Assembly: GCA_050287085.1 (NCBI GenBank)
Contig: JBNKBE010000022.1
Location: forward strand, 1 to 58,638
Source of the DNA: Polyangiaceae bacterium
Lineage (GTDB): Bacteria; Myxococcota_A; Polyangia; Polyangiales; Polyangiaceae
Length of the DNA stretch: 58,638 bases
Direction of reading: 5' to 3'
Under the pieces are notes generated by a model. It made no database searches, had not been told where the DNA came from, and worked only from the letters and a program-made list of their open reading frames with translations. Each line of letters opens with the position of its first letter. Within the stretch, counting starts at the first letter, position 1. The translations under genes and the position numbers were made by a program. Below, one piece after another: positions 37,332-47,148 of this stretch.

Positions 37332-38096
37332 CTAACTTCGGTCCTTCAGCGCGCGCAGCGCTGCAAAAACTTCTTCGTCTGTCGACGTCGGCATGCCAAG
37401 CGCTCGCCGCACAGAAGGCATGTGAACACGAAGAAAAGGGTTGGTTTCGAGTTCCTCTCGCAGGGTGCTCGGCACGCTGACTTCCCCCTTGGACCTGCGC
37501 TGCTCGACTTCCGTTCGCCGCAAACGAATGCGCTCGTTTTCCGGCTCTAGCGACTGAGCGAACGCGAGGTTGCTGAGCGTGTATTCGTGACAGAAGTAGA
37601 GCGGCAGATCGAGAGGCAGCTCACGCAGACGTACGTTCAGGGAATGGTGCAGCTGCTCGGCCGTGCCCCCAAGCAGTCGTCCACAGCCCGCGCCAAATAG
37701 CGTGTCGCCCACAAAAGCGCCTTCGTCGTGGATGTAGGCGACGTGACCCGTCGTATGGCCCGGAATGAACATCACGCGAAAGCGCAGCCCCGCGACTTGA
37801 AGCTGGTCACCCTCATCAACGGGGCTGTCTAGCCCAGGGATCCGCGCGGTCTCCGAACGATGCCCGTACACGCGCAACCCTGGAAAGCGCTCCAAGAGGG
37901 CTTGATGTCCGCCGATGTGGTCGTGATGGTGATGCGTGGTCAGAATTGCCACGGGACGCCGTCCCAAGCGCTCCACCGCGGCCAGCGTTGGCTCGGGCCG
38001 ACATGGGTCTACCAGGACACAACCTTCAGCACCGGACTCCGAAGCCAGCCAGAAGGAGTAGTTATCCGAACGAGCTGCGATGATTTCGATGCGCAT
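37332..38096 (-). CDS. gloB: Hydroxyacylglutathione hydrolase (glyoxalase II)
   Basis: DNY, THHHHDHIGG, PGHTTGH, GDTLFGAGCGR, HEYTLSN, ETNPFLR. Confidence 0.95.
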   Translation of the reverse strand: MRIEIIAARSDNYSFWLASESGAEGCVLVDPCRPEPTLAAVERLGRRPVAILTTHHHHDHIGGHQALLERFPGLRVYGHRSETARIPGLDSPVDEGDQLQVAGLRFRVMFIPGHTTGHVAYIHDEGAFVGDTLFGAGCGRLLGGTAEQLHHSLNVRLRELPLDLPLYFCHEYTLSNLAFAQSLEPENERIRLRRTEVEQRRSKGEVSVPSTLREELETNPFLRVHMPSVRRALGMPTSTDEEVFAALRALKDRS

Positions 38097-38179
38097 ATAT
38101 TCGATGCCCTAGCACCGCAGGCGCAATTGCCCAGTGCCAGTACTCCCGCCGGCGCAACCTGCGCCCCGGCCACAGGCCA

Positions 38180-39985
38180 CTACGAGCCGACGATGCCCCC
38201 ATCCTTGCGTTGAATCGCCACCGTTGCGTCCCGCGGATGCGTCACGCCATCGTAGCGGGCGGGAAAGCTGGTCTTCGCCGGATCGCCATCACCGGGATGC
38301 TGGACGTTGACAAAGAGCGTGCGGCGGTCCGGCGTGCTCGTTAGCCCAGTGATCTCGGACCCGGGCACGCCAGCGAAGAGTCGCCGCATCTCGCCGGTGC
38401 CGGTATCGGCCACAAGCAACTGATTGTTGATGTCGCCGGGTTGCTTGCCATCCGTGGCCACGAACAAGCGTCCGTCTGGATCCATCATCAGACTGTCCGG
38501 GGAACCGAATGCGGCTTCGGTGCCGATGCTCTGCTGACCCGAAGCAAATAGCTCCCAGGAAAAGCGCAGGCCTCCGTGACCCGCGGCGGGACGAATGCGC
38601 AGAATGTGCCCGTCAGCGTTGGGAGCAAATGGGTTCGCCACTCCGGGCGAGGTGCGCTCGTGATTGTTCGTGAGCGAACAGTAGACATCTCCGTTGCTCG
38701 CAACGGCCATCCACTCGGGACGATCCATGGGCGTTGCGCCCGCAACGTCCGCGGCAAGCCGTGCCCATGTCACCACCGTGCCCATGTCGCTAAACTGCGC
38801 AGCCACACGGGCATTTCGTAGGCTAAGCTCATGCCATAGGCCGGTACCATCGGCTAGGAACTGAGCCGCATAGAGCGTTCCATGATCGAGCGGGCTCATG
38901 CCTGCGGCCCGCAGTCTGCTCCAATTGTCTGCAGACACGAACTTGTAGACGTAGTCAAAACGTTGATCGTCGCCCATATAGACGACGACGCGGTGATCCT
39001 CTGTCTCCGTGACGGCGGCGCCCTCGTGCTTGAAGCGCCCTAGCGCCGTTCGCTTGACCGGAGGCGCGGAGGGTCGCATGGGATCGATCTCGACAACCCA
39101 TCCAAAGCGGTGCTCCTCGCCGTGATATAGCTCCGACGCTAGGTCGAAGCGAGGATCGAAATGATGCCACCCGTAACCAAAGCCATCGCGCGAGAAGCCG
39201 TAGCGCTTCTGTGCGGGCGACAGCTCGATAGCCCGCTGAGAACCGAAGTATCCATCGATGTTCTCCTCACACGTCAAGTAGGTACCCCATGGGGTGTGCC
39301 CACAGGAGCAGTTGTTGACGGTACCAAACGCCGGGCGCATGGAAGGGCCAAGTAGCGCGTGCCCCGCCGCGGGCCCTGTGAACACAACCGGAGTATTGAC
39401 GTGGATGCGTCGCGCGAGGTGGCTTGGAACTTGATGCCAGCGCCCTCTACTTTGGGCTAGTGAAACAACACTCACACCGTGAGCATGCTGGGAACGTCGG
39501 ACATCTTCTAACGACGCAGGCAGTGAACGACCCAGGACGTGAATGTTCGAACCCAGCTCATGATTGATGCACAATAGCCCGCGGTCGCTGCGCAACATGC
39601 CGCCCTGCATGCGCTCCGCAAACAGGTGCATACCGTCGTGGCCAACTCCTATCTGCCACGCCTGCCGCTCTGCCTCGGACACGTCTGCCCCGGACGGGGG
39701 TGCTGGCAACGCCAGCAATGGGTCACCCCACGGTATCAATACGTGGTAGTCGTAGTCGGGTGAAATACCTGGCTCACGTCCTCGCGCCTGTGCTGCCGGA
39801 AGTCCCCGAAAGCGGAGCAAGGAGTTGCGAGCATTCAGAGCTCGTCCCTCCGCTTCGCCCAGAGTGAGAGTGGAGGCTGCCGCAAGCGCGCCCCAAATCG
39901 CCTCCCGACGCGCCACTCGACCGCCGACAATGTGCTGGAAAGCCCGCTCGAGGCGGCGCTCGGGTAGGACTGCGTCTTCAAGCAT
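38180..39985 (-). CDS. phoX: PhoX family alkaline phosphatase (Tat-like signal)
   Basis: ARREAIWG; HDGM, INHE, NNCSCGHTPWGTYLTCEEN, GRFKHE, YMGDD, MDRPE, NVQHPG. Confidence 0.92.
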   Translation of the reverse strand: MLEDAVLPERRLERAFQHIVGGRVARREAIWGALAAASTLTLGEAEGRALNARNSLLRFRGLPAAQARGREPGISPDYDYHVLIPWGDPLLALPAPPSGADVSEAERQAWQIGVGHDGMHLFAERMQGGMLRSDRGLLCINHELGSNIHVLGRSLPASLEDVRRSQHAHGVSVVSLAQSRGRWHQVPSHLARRIHVNTPVVFTGPAAGHALLGPSMRPAFGTVNNCSCGHTPWGTYLTCEENIDGYFGSQRAIELSPAQKRYGFSRDGFGYGWHHFDPRFDLASELYHGEEHRFGWVVEIDPMRPSAPPVKRTALGRFKHEGAAVTETEDHRVVVYMGDDQRFDYVYKFVSADNWSRLRAAGMSPLDHGTLYAAQFLADGTGLWHELSLRNARVAAQFSDMGTVVTWARLAADVAGATPMDRPEWMAVASNGDVYCSLTNNHERTSPGVANPFAPNADGHILRIRPAAGHGGLRFSWELFASGQQSIGTEAAFGSPDSLMMDPDGRLFVATDGKQPGDINNQLLVADTGTGEMRRLFAGVPGSEITGLTSTPDRRTLFVNVQHPGDGDPAKTSFPARYDGVTHPRDATVAIQRKDGGIVGS

Positions 39986-40089
39986 CGGTGCTGCTTATAG
40001 GCACTCTACCGGTGGCCCACAATAGGGCTCCCAAGACTTCGCAGCAGCGACGCCCGCCGCGTCAAAGCGAAGTTGGGACCCTCCGGTGC

Positions 40090-40389
40090 TCAAGAGCCGG
40101 TCATGGCAAGCTGGGAGTCCAACCGAACGTAGGTATCTTCGAAAGGAGAACATGCGTAGCGCTTGTCCTCGAACTCTACAGCGATCAGAAAGCCGCTCTC
40201 GCCGTCGTCGGTCAATGCGACATACCGCTCCCCCGCCTGCAGAGCGACAACCCTGCGCCCCCGACCATTGCGATCGAAGGCCGCAAAGTCACGGTCCAAG
40301 CTCTCGCCGTCGCCGAGCTCAAATCCCGACACTTGGTACCCGCTTTCAATTCGTACAAACTCCCCCTGCACAGTATTGGTTCGCGCCAT
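40090..40389 (-). CDS. Small hypothetical protein
   Basis: 99-aa ORF with a GAAGGGA RBS-like element and protein-like composition. Confidence 0.6.
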   Translation of the reverse strand: MARTNTVQGEFVRIESGYQVSGFELGDGESLDRDFAAFDRNGRGRRVVALQAGERYVALTDDGESGFLIAVEFEDKRYACSPFEDTYVRLDSQLAMTGS

Positions 40390-41009
40390 GTCTTGGTCTG
40401 GTCCCTTCTTTGCTTGGACTGAATCGAGCCGTTGCGGCCCGATTGCCGCACGCCGCTGCCATGAAGGATCCGTGCCAGTCGAGGATTTCGCGCCAATGGA
40501 CGCCCCTTTGGACGTCGCTATTCCTCATTGAAACGGCCAAACCCGCAAAGCCTGCGGACCCCCGATTCTCGCCGATAATACTTACGGGTTAACGCCTCGG
40601 ATACACCGATACTGCATGGCGCACGCCCAGGTCATGACGGCTGTGCCCCAGCGGAACCCCGCCCGCGGCGACAGTGCCGTTGGCCCACGTGCGAGTGCGC
40701 GGCGGCGGAGAAGCATCCTTAGCGCCGTCGCCAAGCAATTTGGGCCACCTAATCCCCTTAACGCACGTCTAGCCGTCACGGCCGGAGACCACTGCATGGT
40801 TTGTACCGACGACAGGCGCGGACGAGGTAGCGCCCTCGCGTCAGGTGCGGGGTCGGGTCGTCCCTGCACCCACCTCTCCACGCGGACTCGCCCGCACCCC
40901 ATGCAGTCCGTGCGCAGTCTTCTCGGCGACCTGCACTGCCCGAGGGCAACTTCGGATTTCGCCAGCCACCGTTAGACGAGGCGCCAAAGTCGTGCGACAA
41001 CCCGCCCCC

Positions 41010-41891
41010 ATGGCGTCCCTCCTTCCTAGCTTTTCCCTCCTCGATGCCAGCGGTGCGCTGATCATTGCCGCCATTCTGTCGCTTCTCGTACTCGGTGTTG
41101 CCGCAATCGTCGTCGCGCGCGCTCGCTATGCCCAACTCCGACGCGAGCTGCTTGCATTCGATCCACAAGGCGACTCTAGCGCACCCGTGCTCGCACGGGC
41201 GGCGGCCGATTTGGGGCTGCAACTCGAGCGCCTCCCCGCGGGCGCCGATCCGGGGGCCATCAACGTCCAAAGCATTGTCGAACGCGCCATGCAGCAGGAG
41301 CTCCGCGGACTGCTGCTGGCAGAGCGTTTCGTCGCAGCAACAACCGGCTTGCTCATCACGCTTGGCCTGGTGGGCACATTCTACGGGCTAACGACGTCCA
41401 TTGGAAAGCTGGTCGGCATCGTTTCCGGTGATCTATCTCCGGAGGCAAACGTGGCCGAGTCCCTCACCCGCGGCTTGACCGATGCGCTCTCCGGCATGAG
41501 CGTCGCCTTCACGACGTCGCTCGTGGGCATCCTAGCAGCCGTTGCCATGACGTTGCTAGGCGTGGGGGCGAGCATCGCAGAACAGCGTGCAAGCTTCATG
41601 GCCCAATTCGAGCACACGCTCGACACGCTCGTAGCGGCCTTTGCCCGGGAGCATTCAAGCACCGTTCGCGACGAGCAGCTGATGAGCGCAGCTACCAAGC
41701 TCGAAGAAAGTCTCACCCGCTTCGAGATGGCCTTGACGCGTTTCGCGGACAACACCCGCGACTTCCACGAATTCAACGCGCACTTGAAAGACAATATCCA
41801 GCGCATGAGTCTGAGCTTTGCGGACCTGTCGCAGCAGCTTTCGTCGCGGCTGCCATCGCGGAATACCAACATGGAACGAGGGCAGAAGTGA
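41010..41891 (+). CDS. MotA/TolQ/ExbB-family protein, ZorA-like
   Basis: Three TMs; LGLVGTFYGL and GMSVAFTTSLVGI; helical C-terminal tail of about 100 aa. Confidence 0.85.
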   Translation: MASLLPSFSLLDASGALIIAAILSLLVLGVAAIVVARARYAQLRRELLAFDPQGDSSAPVLARAAADLGLQLERLPAGADPGAINVQSIVERAMQQELRGLLLAERFVAATTGLLITLGLVGTFYGLTTSIGKLVGIVSGDLSPEANVAESLTRGLTDALSGMSVAFTTSLVGILAAVAMTLLGVGASIAEQRASFMAQFEHTLDTLVAAFAREHSSTVRDEQLMSAATKLEESLTRFEMALTRFADNTRDFHEFNAHLKDNIQRMSLSFADLSQQLSSRLPSRNTNMERGQK

Positions 41892-42835
41892 GGACGCGTC
41901 GACGCAGCTGGCTCACTGTCTCAACTTCCACTGGCGAAGGAGGCACCAACTTCTGGCCTTCCTTCGCCGACCTCACCTCGACCATCGCGCTGATACTCTT
42001 CGTGCTGGTGCTCCTGGCTTATATTCAGAACCTATTCAGTGGCAAGCAGCTGGAGCGCGCGCGTGCCGAACTAGAACAGACCATGAGCCGCCTAACTGGC
42101 TCACAAAAGCAAGTCGCAACCGCCCGCAAACAACTGAGGCTTCTGGCGGCTGAACTCGAAACCGGGCAAGAACAACTACGTCTTTCGCGGCAGCGGGTCG
42201 ACGAGCAAGCCGAGGTGATAACCAAGAGCAACCAAGAGCTCAGCGAGGTGCGAGCAAAGGTGCAAGGCATCGGATTGGTGCGCCTCAGCGTTCTTGAGAA
42301 AGTGCAGCATTCGCTAGAAGGAGAGCTCGGCGGCGAAAGGGGCTCGGCAGCGCGGGTAGCGGACAACGGCAATATCGTTCTCGATGAGAACCTACTATTC
42401 GACTACAAGTCGACCACGATCAAGCACGCAGGTCAGGCGTTCCTACGTCGTCTCGCCAAAGCGTTCGCAAGCGTGTTAGCCGATCCGGCGGTGCGCGAGA
42501 ACATCGACGTCATCGTGGTCCAGGGTCACACAGACACCCGTGGCTCCGCAGCCTATAACCGTGAGCTGTCCGCCGCTCGCGCCAATACGGTGCTCGACTT
42601 CATGTTCGAGGCCGAGCACGCCCTGGGTGAGCGCTACGGCCGCTACTTCGCCGCCAGCGCGTACTCGGAATTCCGTCCCATTACGACGGAAGAAAACGAA
42701 GAAGCTCAGCGCCGCAACCGTCGCATCGAACTGTCGGTAGTGCTCAGGGACTCACGCGTCAAAGACGTGATCGACAGCTACTTCGAGCACCAAGCCCCCC
42801 TGCCGAAGGATACAACAGCACCACAGGCGCCCTAG
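41888..42835 (+). CDS. OmpA/MotB-family protein, ZorB-like
   Basis: FWPSFADL TM with Asp; coiled coil; VQGHTD, NRELSAARA, NRRIE; GTGA overlap with the upstream gene. Confidence 0.88.
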   Translation: MRTRRRSWLTVSTSTGEGGTNFWPSFADLTSTIALILFVLVLLAYIQNLFSGKQLERARAELEQTMSRLTGSQKQVATARKQLRLLAAELETGQEQLRLSRQRVDEQAEVITKSNQELSEVRAKVQGIGLVRLSVLEKVQHSLEGELGGERGSAARVADNGNIVLDENLLFDYKSTTIKHAGQAFLRRLAKAFASVLADPAVRENIDVIVVQGHTDTRGSAAYNRELSAARANTVLDFMFEAEHALGERYGRYFAASAYSEFRPITTEENEEAQRRNRRIELSVVLRDSRVKDVIDSYFEHQAPLPKDTTAPQAP

Positions 42836-42938
42836 GGTCCGCGGCTGGACAATCACTCGAAGCCGGTCGAAACCGCCGCGAGCGGGACGCCTATGGAGCG
42901 CCCCCCCGACCGCGGAGCAGCGCGCTCCCGCGAGAACG

Positions 42939-45083
42939 TCAGGCCGCTCCGCGCATCGTCGGCTTCCAAACGCTAACACGGTTCCGTCCGCCGCGCTTGG
43001 ATGCGTAGAGCGCTTCATCAGCCGCTTTGAAGAGGGCGTCCCAGTCCTGACCTGCACGCGGAAAAGTCGCGACCCCAAGCGAACACGTCACCCGAAGCGA
43101 ACCAGACGGAGCATGAAACTGCGTGTTCTCGAGCTCCTGGCGAACGCGCTCTGCCAGCAGTCTCGCTCCTTCTTCATCGGTTTCTTCGCAGACGACGACG
43201 AACTCCTCACCCCCAAAGCGCCCCACGGCGTCGGTCTCCCGTTTGGAGCGACGCAACACCTCGGCAAAGCCGCGGATCACCACGTCGCCAATATCATGGC
43301 CATGGGTGTCGTTGACCTTCTTGAAGTGGTCGATATCGCCGATCAAGACGCTGAGCGGCTTCTTAAAACGGTGCGACGACTTGAGTTTCAAACGGGCTGC
43401 CTCTATCAACGCTCGCTTGTTGAGGAGGCCCGTTAACCCGTCGGTAGTCGCTAGATCCTCCAGGCGCCGCAGCATGCGGGCATTGGCGAGCGAAACAGCG
43501 ACGTGTCGAGCCAAGACTTCGAGGGTGGGTCGCACCGCGTCCGAGAAGGCGTTGTCCGTTTCACTGCCCAGTATCAGGGTGCCGAGCACGACGTCGTGCA
43601 CTTGAAGCGGAAGCACGATCAAACTTGGCATGTCCGGAGCTGGCAAGCCCGGCCCGAAGACAGCCTGATGCCCCGCGCTGAAGATGCCGCCGTAGGGCAA
43701 GACATGGCGATTGTCGACGACCATGGTCACGAGATCGCCGCCGTATTCGAATTGCGCGCCCACCAACGTATCGCTACCGGGCCCGCTCACTGCACAGATC
43801 TCGTGACGCCGTGTCTTCGCGTGGTGGACCGTCACCGCCGCGAAGTCAAAGGCGGCAAACTGTCTTGCCGAACGGACGCCTGCCTCGATAACCTCTGCCT
43901 CAGTGCGAGCCTTCGATAGCTGGTCAACCGCGAAATAGAGCTTTCCTTGGTCTGTCTTTGAGCCTTCCAGCGCTACGAATACGCGCTCGCTGCGGACGGC
44001 GCGTGCGACAAATTGGGCGGCGTCGGCAAGCAAGTGCAAGGCGCTGGCGTCCAGGGCTCCGTCGGTTGTCGTATGCACGACTAGCACGCCCACGATATCG
44101 CTTCCGTCAAACACGGGTACGGCGCCCACGCTGCCGTCCGTCGGGGCTTGGGCCTCCGGATAGAGAGGAAAGCAATCTTGCGAGCGGGCACCCTCCAATA
44201 CAGCCGGTCCCCCACACTCAAGACAGGCGGCAAAGATACCGCGAGTCGTGGCGAAAGGCCCAGGGTCGAGCTCGGCCAGAACGCTGGAGGCCTCGCGAAC
44301 TTGCACCCACCTGCGATCAGGCGATAGCCACACCAGCGCCGCCGTTCGAAGCGATAGCGCGCGCCTCAACAAGTAGAGCATGAAGCGCAAGGACAGTTCG
44401 AGATGCTCAACGGATGAGACGACAAGGTGCTCCGGATCTGAAGCCGGTTGCGGTGCCGATGCCGCGACCGGCCCTTGAGAGACGCGCTGCAAGCGGTAGC
44501 TGCGTGCCGCCTCCCGGACTCGGTGCAGCTCCGAATCGACCCGGTGTTTCGAGGCTCGCCGCATGCGCGCAATCTCGGCCCTGACCGTAGCCAGATTAAT
44601 GCTGGCAAAGGCCGCCAGCAGGACGACGTGAACTCCCGTAACCGCCAAGGAGGCGCCGTGCTTGTACCAGCCCAGGCCCCCCTCCAAACAAGCGCTGAGC
44701 AGGAATGCCGTCGCCGCCGCCGTCGGAGCCAAGAACCCCGCGCACAGCATGATGTTGAGAAAGACGATGCCATGCGCCGCGGCGAAGAACGGTGGCGGTA
44801 CCAGCTCCACCACGGAGTAGGCCACCACCACCATATAGAGCGCACCCTCGACTTCGTCGCGCAGGGTAGCTCCACCCGCGAGATCAGAAAAGCGCCGCCT
44901 GGCACGCGGCACGAGCGCAAGCAATGCCAACAATAGCGGTCCACCCACCCAAACGGCGTCGGTCGTGAGGCCTCGACCGGGGCGCAGTACAAGGCCCGCC
45001 GAGAGAGCCCATGCCCCCAGGCTCGGTAGTGCCCAAAAGAGCCATCGCTGAAAGCTCGCCAAGGCTTGCACCGCCGCGTCCAT
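42939..45083 (-). CDS. Membrane-bound TM-GAF-GAF-GGDEF diguanylate cyclase (DmxA-like architecture); ORF extends to 45137
   Basis: About six TMs, two GAF-like regions, TDGLTGL, DIDHFKKVND, I-site RETD, active site GGEEF. Confidence 0.92.
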   Translation of the reverse strand: MDAAVQALASFQRWLFWALPSLGAWALSAGLVLRPGRGLTTDAVWVGGPLLLALLALVPRARRRFSDLAGGATLRDEVEGALYMVVVAYSVVELVPPPFFAAAHGIVFLNIMLCAGFLAPTAAATAFLLSACLEGGLGWYKHGASLAVTGVHVVLLAAFASINLATVRAEIARMRRASKHRVDSELHRVREAARSYRLQRVSQGPVAASAPQPASDPEHLVVSSVEHLELSLRFMLYLLRRALSLRTAALVWLSPDRRWVQVREASSVLAELDPGPFATTRGIFAACLECGGPAVLEGARSQDCFPLYPEAQAPTDGSVGAVPVFDGSDIVGVLVVHTTTDGALDASALHLLADAAQFVARAVRSERVFVALEGSKTDQGKLYFAVDQLSKARTEAEVIEAGVRSARQFAAFDFAAVTVHHAKTRRHEICAVSGPGSDTLVGAQFEYGGDLVTMVVDNRHVLPYGGIFSAGHQAVFGPGLPAPDMPSLIVLPLQVHDVVLGTLILGSETDNAFSDAVRPTLEVLARHVAVSLANARMLRRLEDLATTDGLTGLLNKRALIEAARLKLKSSHRFKKPLSVLIGDIDHFKKVNDTHGHDIGDVVIRGFAEVLRRSKRETDAVGRFGGEEFVVVCEETDEEGARLLAERVRQELENTQFHAPSGSLRVTCSLGVATFPRAGQDWDALFKAADEALYASKRGGRNRVSVWKPTMRGAA

Positions 45084-45171
45084 CGAGACGCGCGCTACCA
45101 GAGCGGACTCGACCCGGACCACTTTGTTGCAACCCAAGACCCAGATCGGCTAGGAGCTCATGTAGGCCGAT

Positions 45172-46596
45172 GTGAAAGTTGGACTCCGCTTCCAGATCCT
45201 CCTCATGCTGGGAGCGCTGCTCTCGGTCTCGTTTCTGGGGCTGTTCCTGGCGATCGCAAGCTCGAGTTCGCTCGCGCTCGAGCAGATCTACGTCCCTAGT
45301 GCGCGTTGGATCGGCGAACGCACCGCAGCCGAGCTTGTCGGCTCCAAGGACGAGCTGACGGAGCGCGACCTTAGGATACAGCTACAACAGACCCCTTTGG
45401 TGAGCGCAATTGCCGTCTTCGACTCGGACGGCACTCTCCGGACGAGCGCAGGACGGCTCCCGGGCCCCCTGACCAAAGCCCCACCGGCCGGGATTCAGCG
45501 CCGAGGTACTTTCCTCCTGACGACGGTTCGCAACGAGCAGCGCGGGGCGACAGTCGTTCTGCCGCTCGGACCACCCCGCGAAGGCACCCTGCACCGCCTG
45601 CTGGCCTTAAACATGAGCCTGGTTGCGGTGGTGCTGTTGATCGCCATGCACTTCACGCTGACTCGCTGGATCGTACGCCCCATCGGCGATCTGTCGCTGG
45701 CTGCGCAACACGTGGCAGCCACCCCCCAATCCCTCCGGGTCGACGCCTTTGGCTCGCGCGAACTGCAGCAGTTAGCCGACAGCTTTCGGGTGATGACGGA
45801 CCGACTGCTCCAGGAAGAGAAGGCCCTGCGCAACAAGGTAAGCGAGCTGGAAGCCAAGACCCACGAGCTCAGCCAAGCCCAAGGGCAGTTGGTCCAGTCG
45901 GAGCGCCTGGCGTCTGTCGGGCAGCTCTCAGCGGGCGTCGCTCACGAAGTGGGCAACCCCTTGGCTGCGATCTCTGGCATGCTCGACCTCATCGCCACCG
46001 CCGATCTCTCGCCCGAAGAGGTCCAAGACTTCGTGGGTCGAATGCAGCGCGAGACCAACCGTATTCAGGGCATCGTACAAGATCTGCTTCAGTTTGCGCG
46101 CCCCAGCCACGGACCCACAACACTCGCACCCGCGCGGGGGAGCGTCGAGGCGGCCGCTCACGAGACCGCCACACTCGTAGCTCCGCAGCCCCTCTTTCGC
46201 AATGTGGAGCTAGCGCTTGATGTTCACCCAGAGCTGCCCGATGTCAAGCTCTCCCAGGACCGCCTGACGCAGGTGCTGCTCAATCTGCTGATGAATGCGG
46301 GACACGCTTGCAAAGAAGGTGGGCGCGTGACGGTCAAGGCACAGCAGGACGGCGGCTTCGTCGTACTGGATGTGTGCGATACCGGAGCCGGAGTCCCGGA
46401 GGACGCTCGCCATCGAATCTTCGAGCCCTTCGTCTCGACAAAAGAAGTGGGCGAAGGCACTGGGCTAGGCTTATCCGTCTGCCGAAGCCTCGTAGAAGCC
46501 GCAGGCGGCACACTCTCACTCGAAGCCAGCACCGGCGGCGCACACTTCCGAGCGCGACTCCCGCTGGCGGACAGGCTAGGATCTCAGAAGGCGTAG
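45172..46596 (+). CDS. HAMP-domain sensor histidine kinase
   Basis: Two TMs, HAMP, ERLASVGQLSAGVAHEVGNPL, NLLMNA, FEPFVSTK..GTGLGL. Confidence 0.93.
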   Translation: MKVGLRFQILLMLGALLSVSFLGLFLAIASSSSLALEQIYVPSARWIGERTAAELVGSKDELTERDLRIQLQQTPLVSAIAVFDSDGTLRTSAGRLPGPLTKAPPAGIQRRGTFLLTTVRNEQRGATVVLPLGPPREGTLHRLLALNMSLVAVVLLIAMHFTLTRWIVRPIGDLSLAAQHVAATPQSLRVDAFGSRELQQLADSFRVMTDRLLQEEKALRNKVSELEAKTHELSQAQGQLVQSERLASVGQLSAGVAHEVGNPLAAISGMLDLIATADLSPEEVQDFVGRMQRETNRIQGIVQDLLQFARPSHGPTTLAPARGSVEAAAHETATLVAPQPLFRNVELALDVHPELPDVKLSQDRLTQVLLNLLMNAGHACKEGGRVTVKAQQDGGFVVLDVCDTGAGVPEDARHRIFEPFVSTKEVGEGTGLGLSVCRSLVEAAGGTLSLEASTGGAHFRARLPLADRLGSQKA

Positions 46597-46624
46597 TGTG
46601 ACAAGCCGACGCGCCGGAGTCTCT

Positions 46625-47119
46625 TCACTGAGGCTCCGAGCGCCGCACAACCCGGCCTGCAATCGCAAGCGCCAGTTCCGCTAGCAGAAGTCCCACGAGA
46701 AAGACCACCCACGGAGAGTAGCCAGACAGCTGATAGTCGCTCCAAGGCAGAGACACGAGCAGCGGTCCGCGCAAGAGCAGCACCGACAGAGACGCGCAGC
46801 TCGCCCCCACAAGCGCCCTCACCCACCGCCGATCGACCCACCGCCGAGCGTCTTTCACACCACCGAAGAACGCCATGGCAAGTCCAACGCAATAGGCCGC
46901 GGAACCGTACGCGACCGGGTCTTGTACGAAGGCGGGGCCAAAGGCACCATCGACCACGGCCGCCGCCAGCACGCAAAAACCCACCGCATACACACGTGAT
47001 CCAAGTCCAGCCACAAGCGGCGTTGTAGCGGGCTCCGTCGGAAGCACAAGGTCCCGGGTTGGCTGTTTCCGCCAGCCGCCCGCCACGACGCCCTCGGCCA
47101 AACCACGCGCGGTAGACAA
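46625..47119 (-). CDS. Hypothetical membrane protein (about four TMs)
   Basis: Hydrophobic segments fill the gap between the kinase and MBOAT genes; start uncertain. Confidence 0.5.
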   Translation of the reverse strand: MSTARGLAEGVVAGGWRKQPTRDLVLPTEPATTPLVAGLGSRVYAVGFCVLAAAVVDGAFGPAFVQDPVAYGSAAYCVGLAMAFFGGVKDARRWVDRRWVRALVGASCASLSVLLLRGPLLVSLPWSDYQLSGYSPWVVFLVGLLLAELALAIAGRVVRRSEPQ

Positions 47120-47148
47120 ATCTAGAACCCTCCTCTAATCGCAACACC

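Noticed and set aside
39986..40089. Pho box upstream of phoX
   Set aside because: No convincing 11-bp-spaced direct repeats seen
41010..42835. Complete Zorya defence system or flagellar stator
   Set aside because: No zorC/D/E and no flagellar genes nearby
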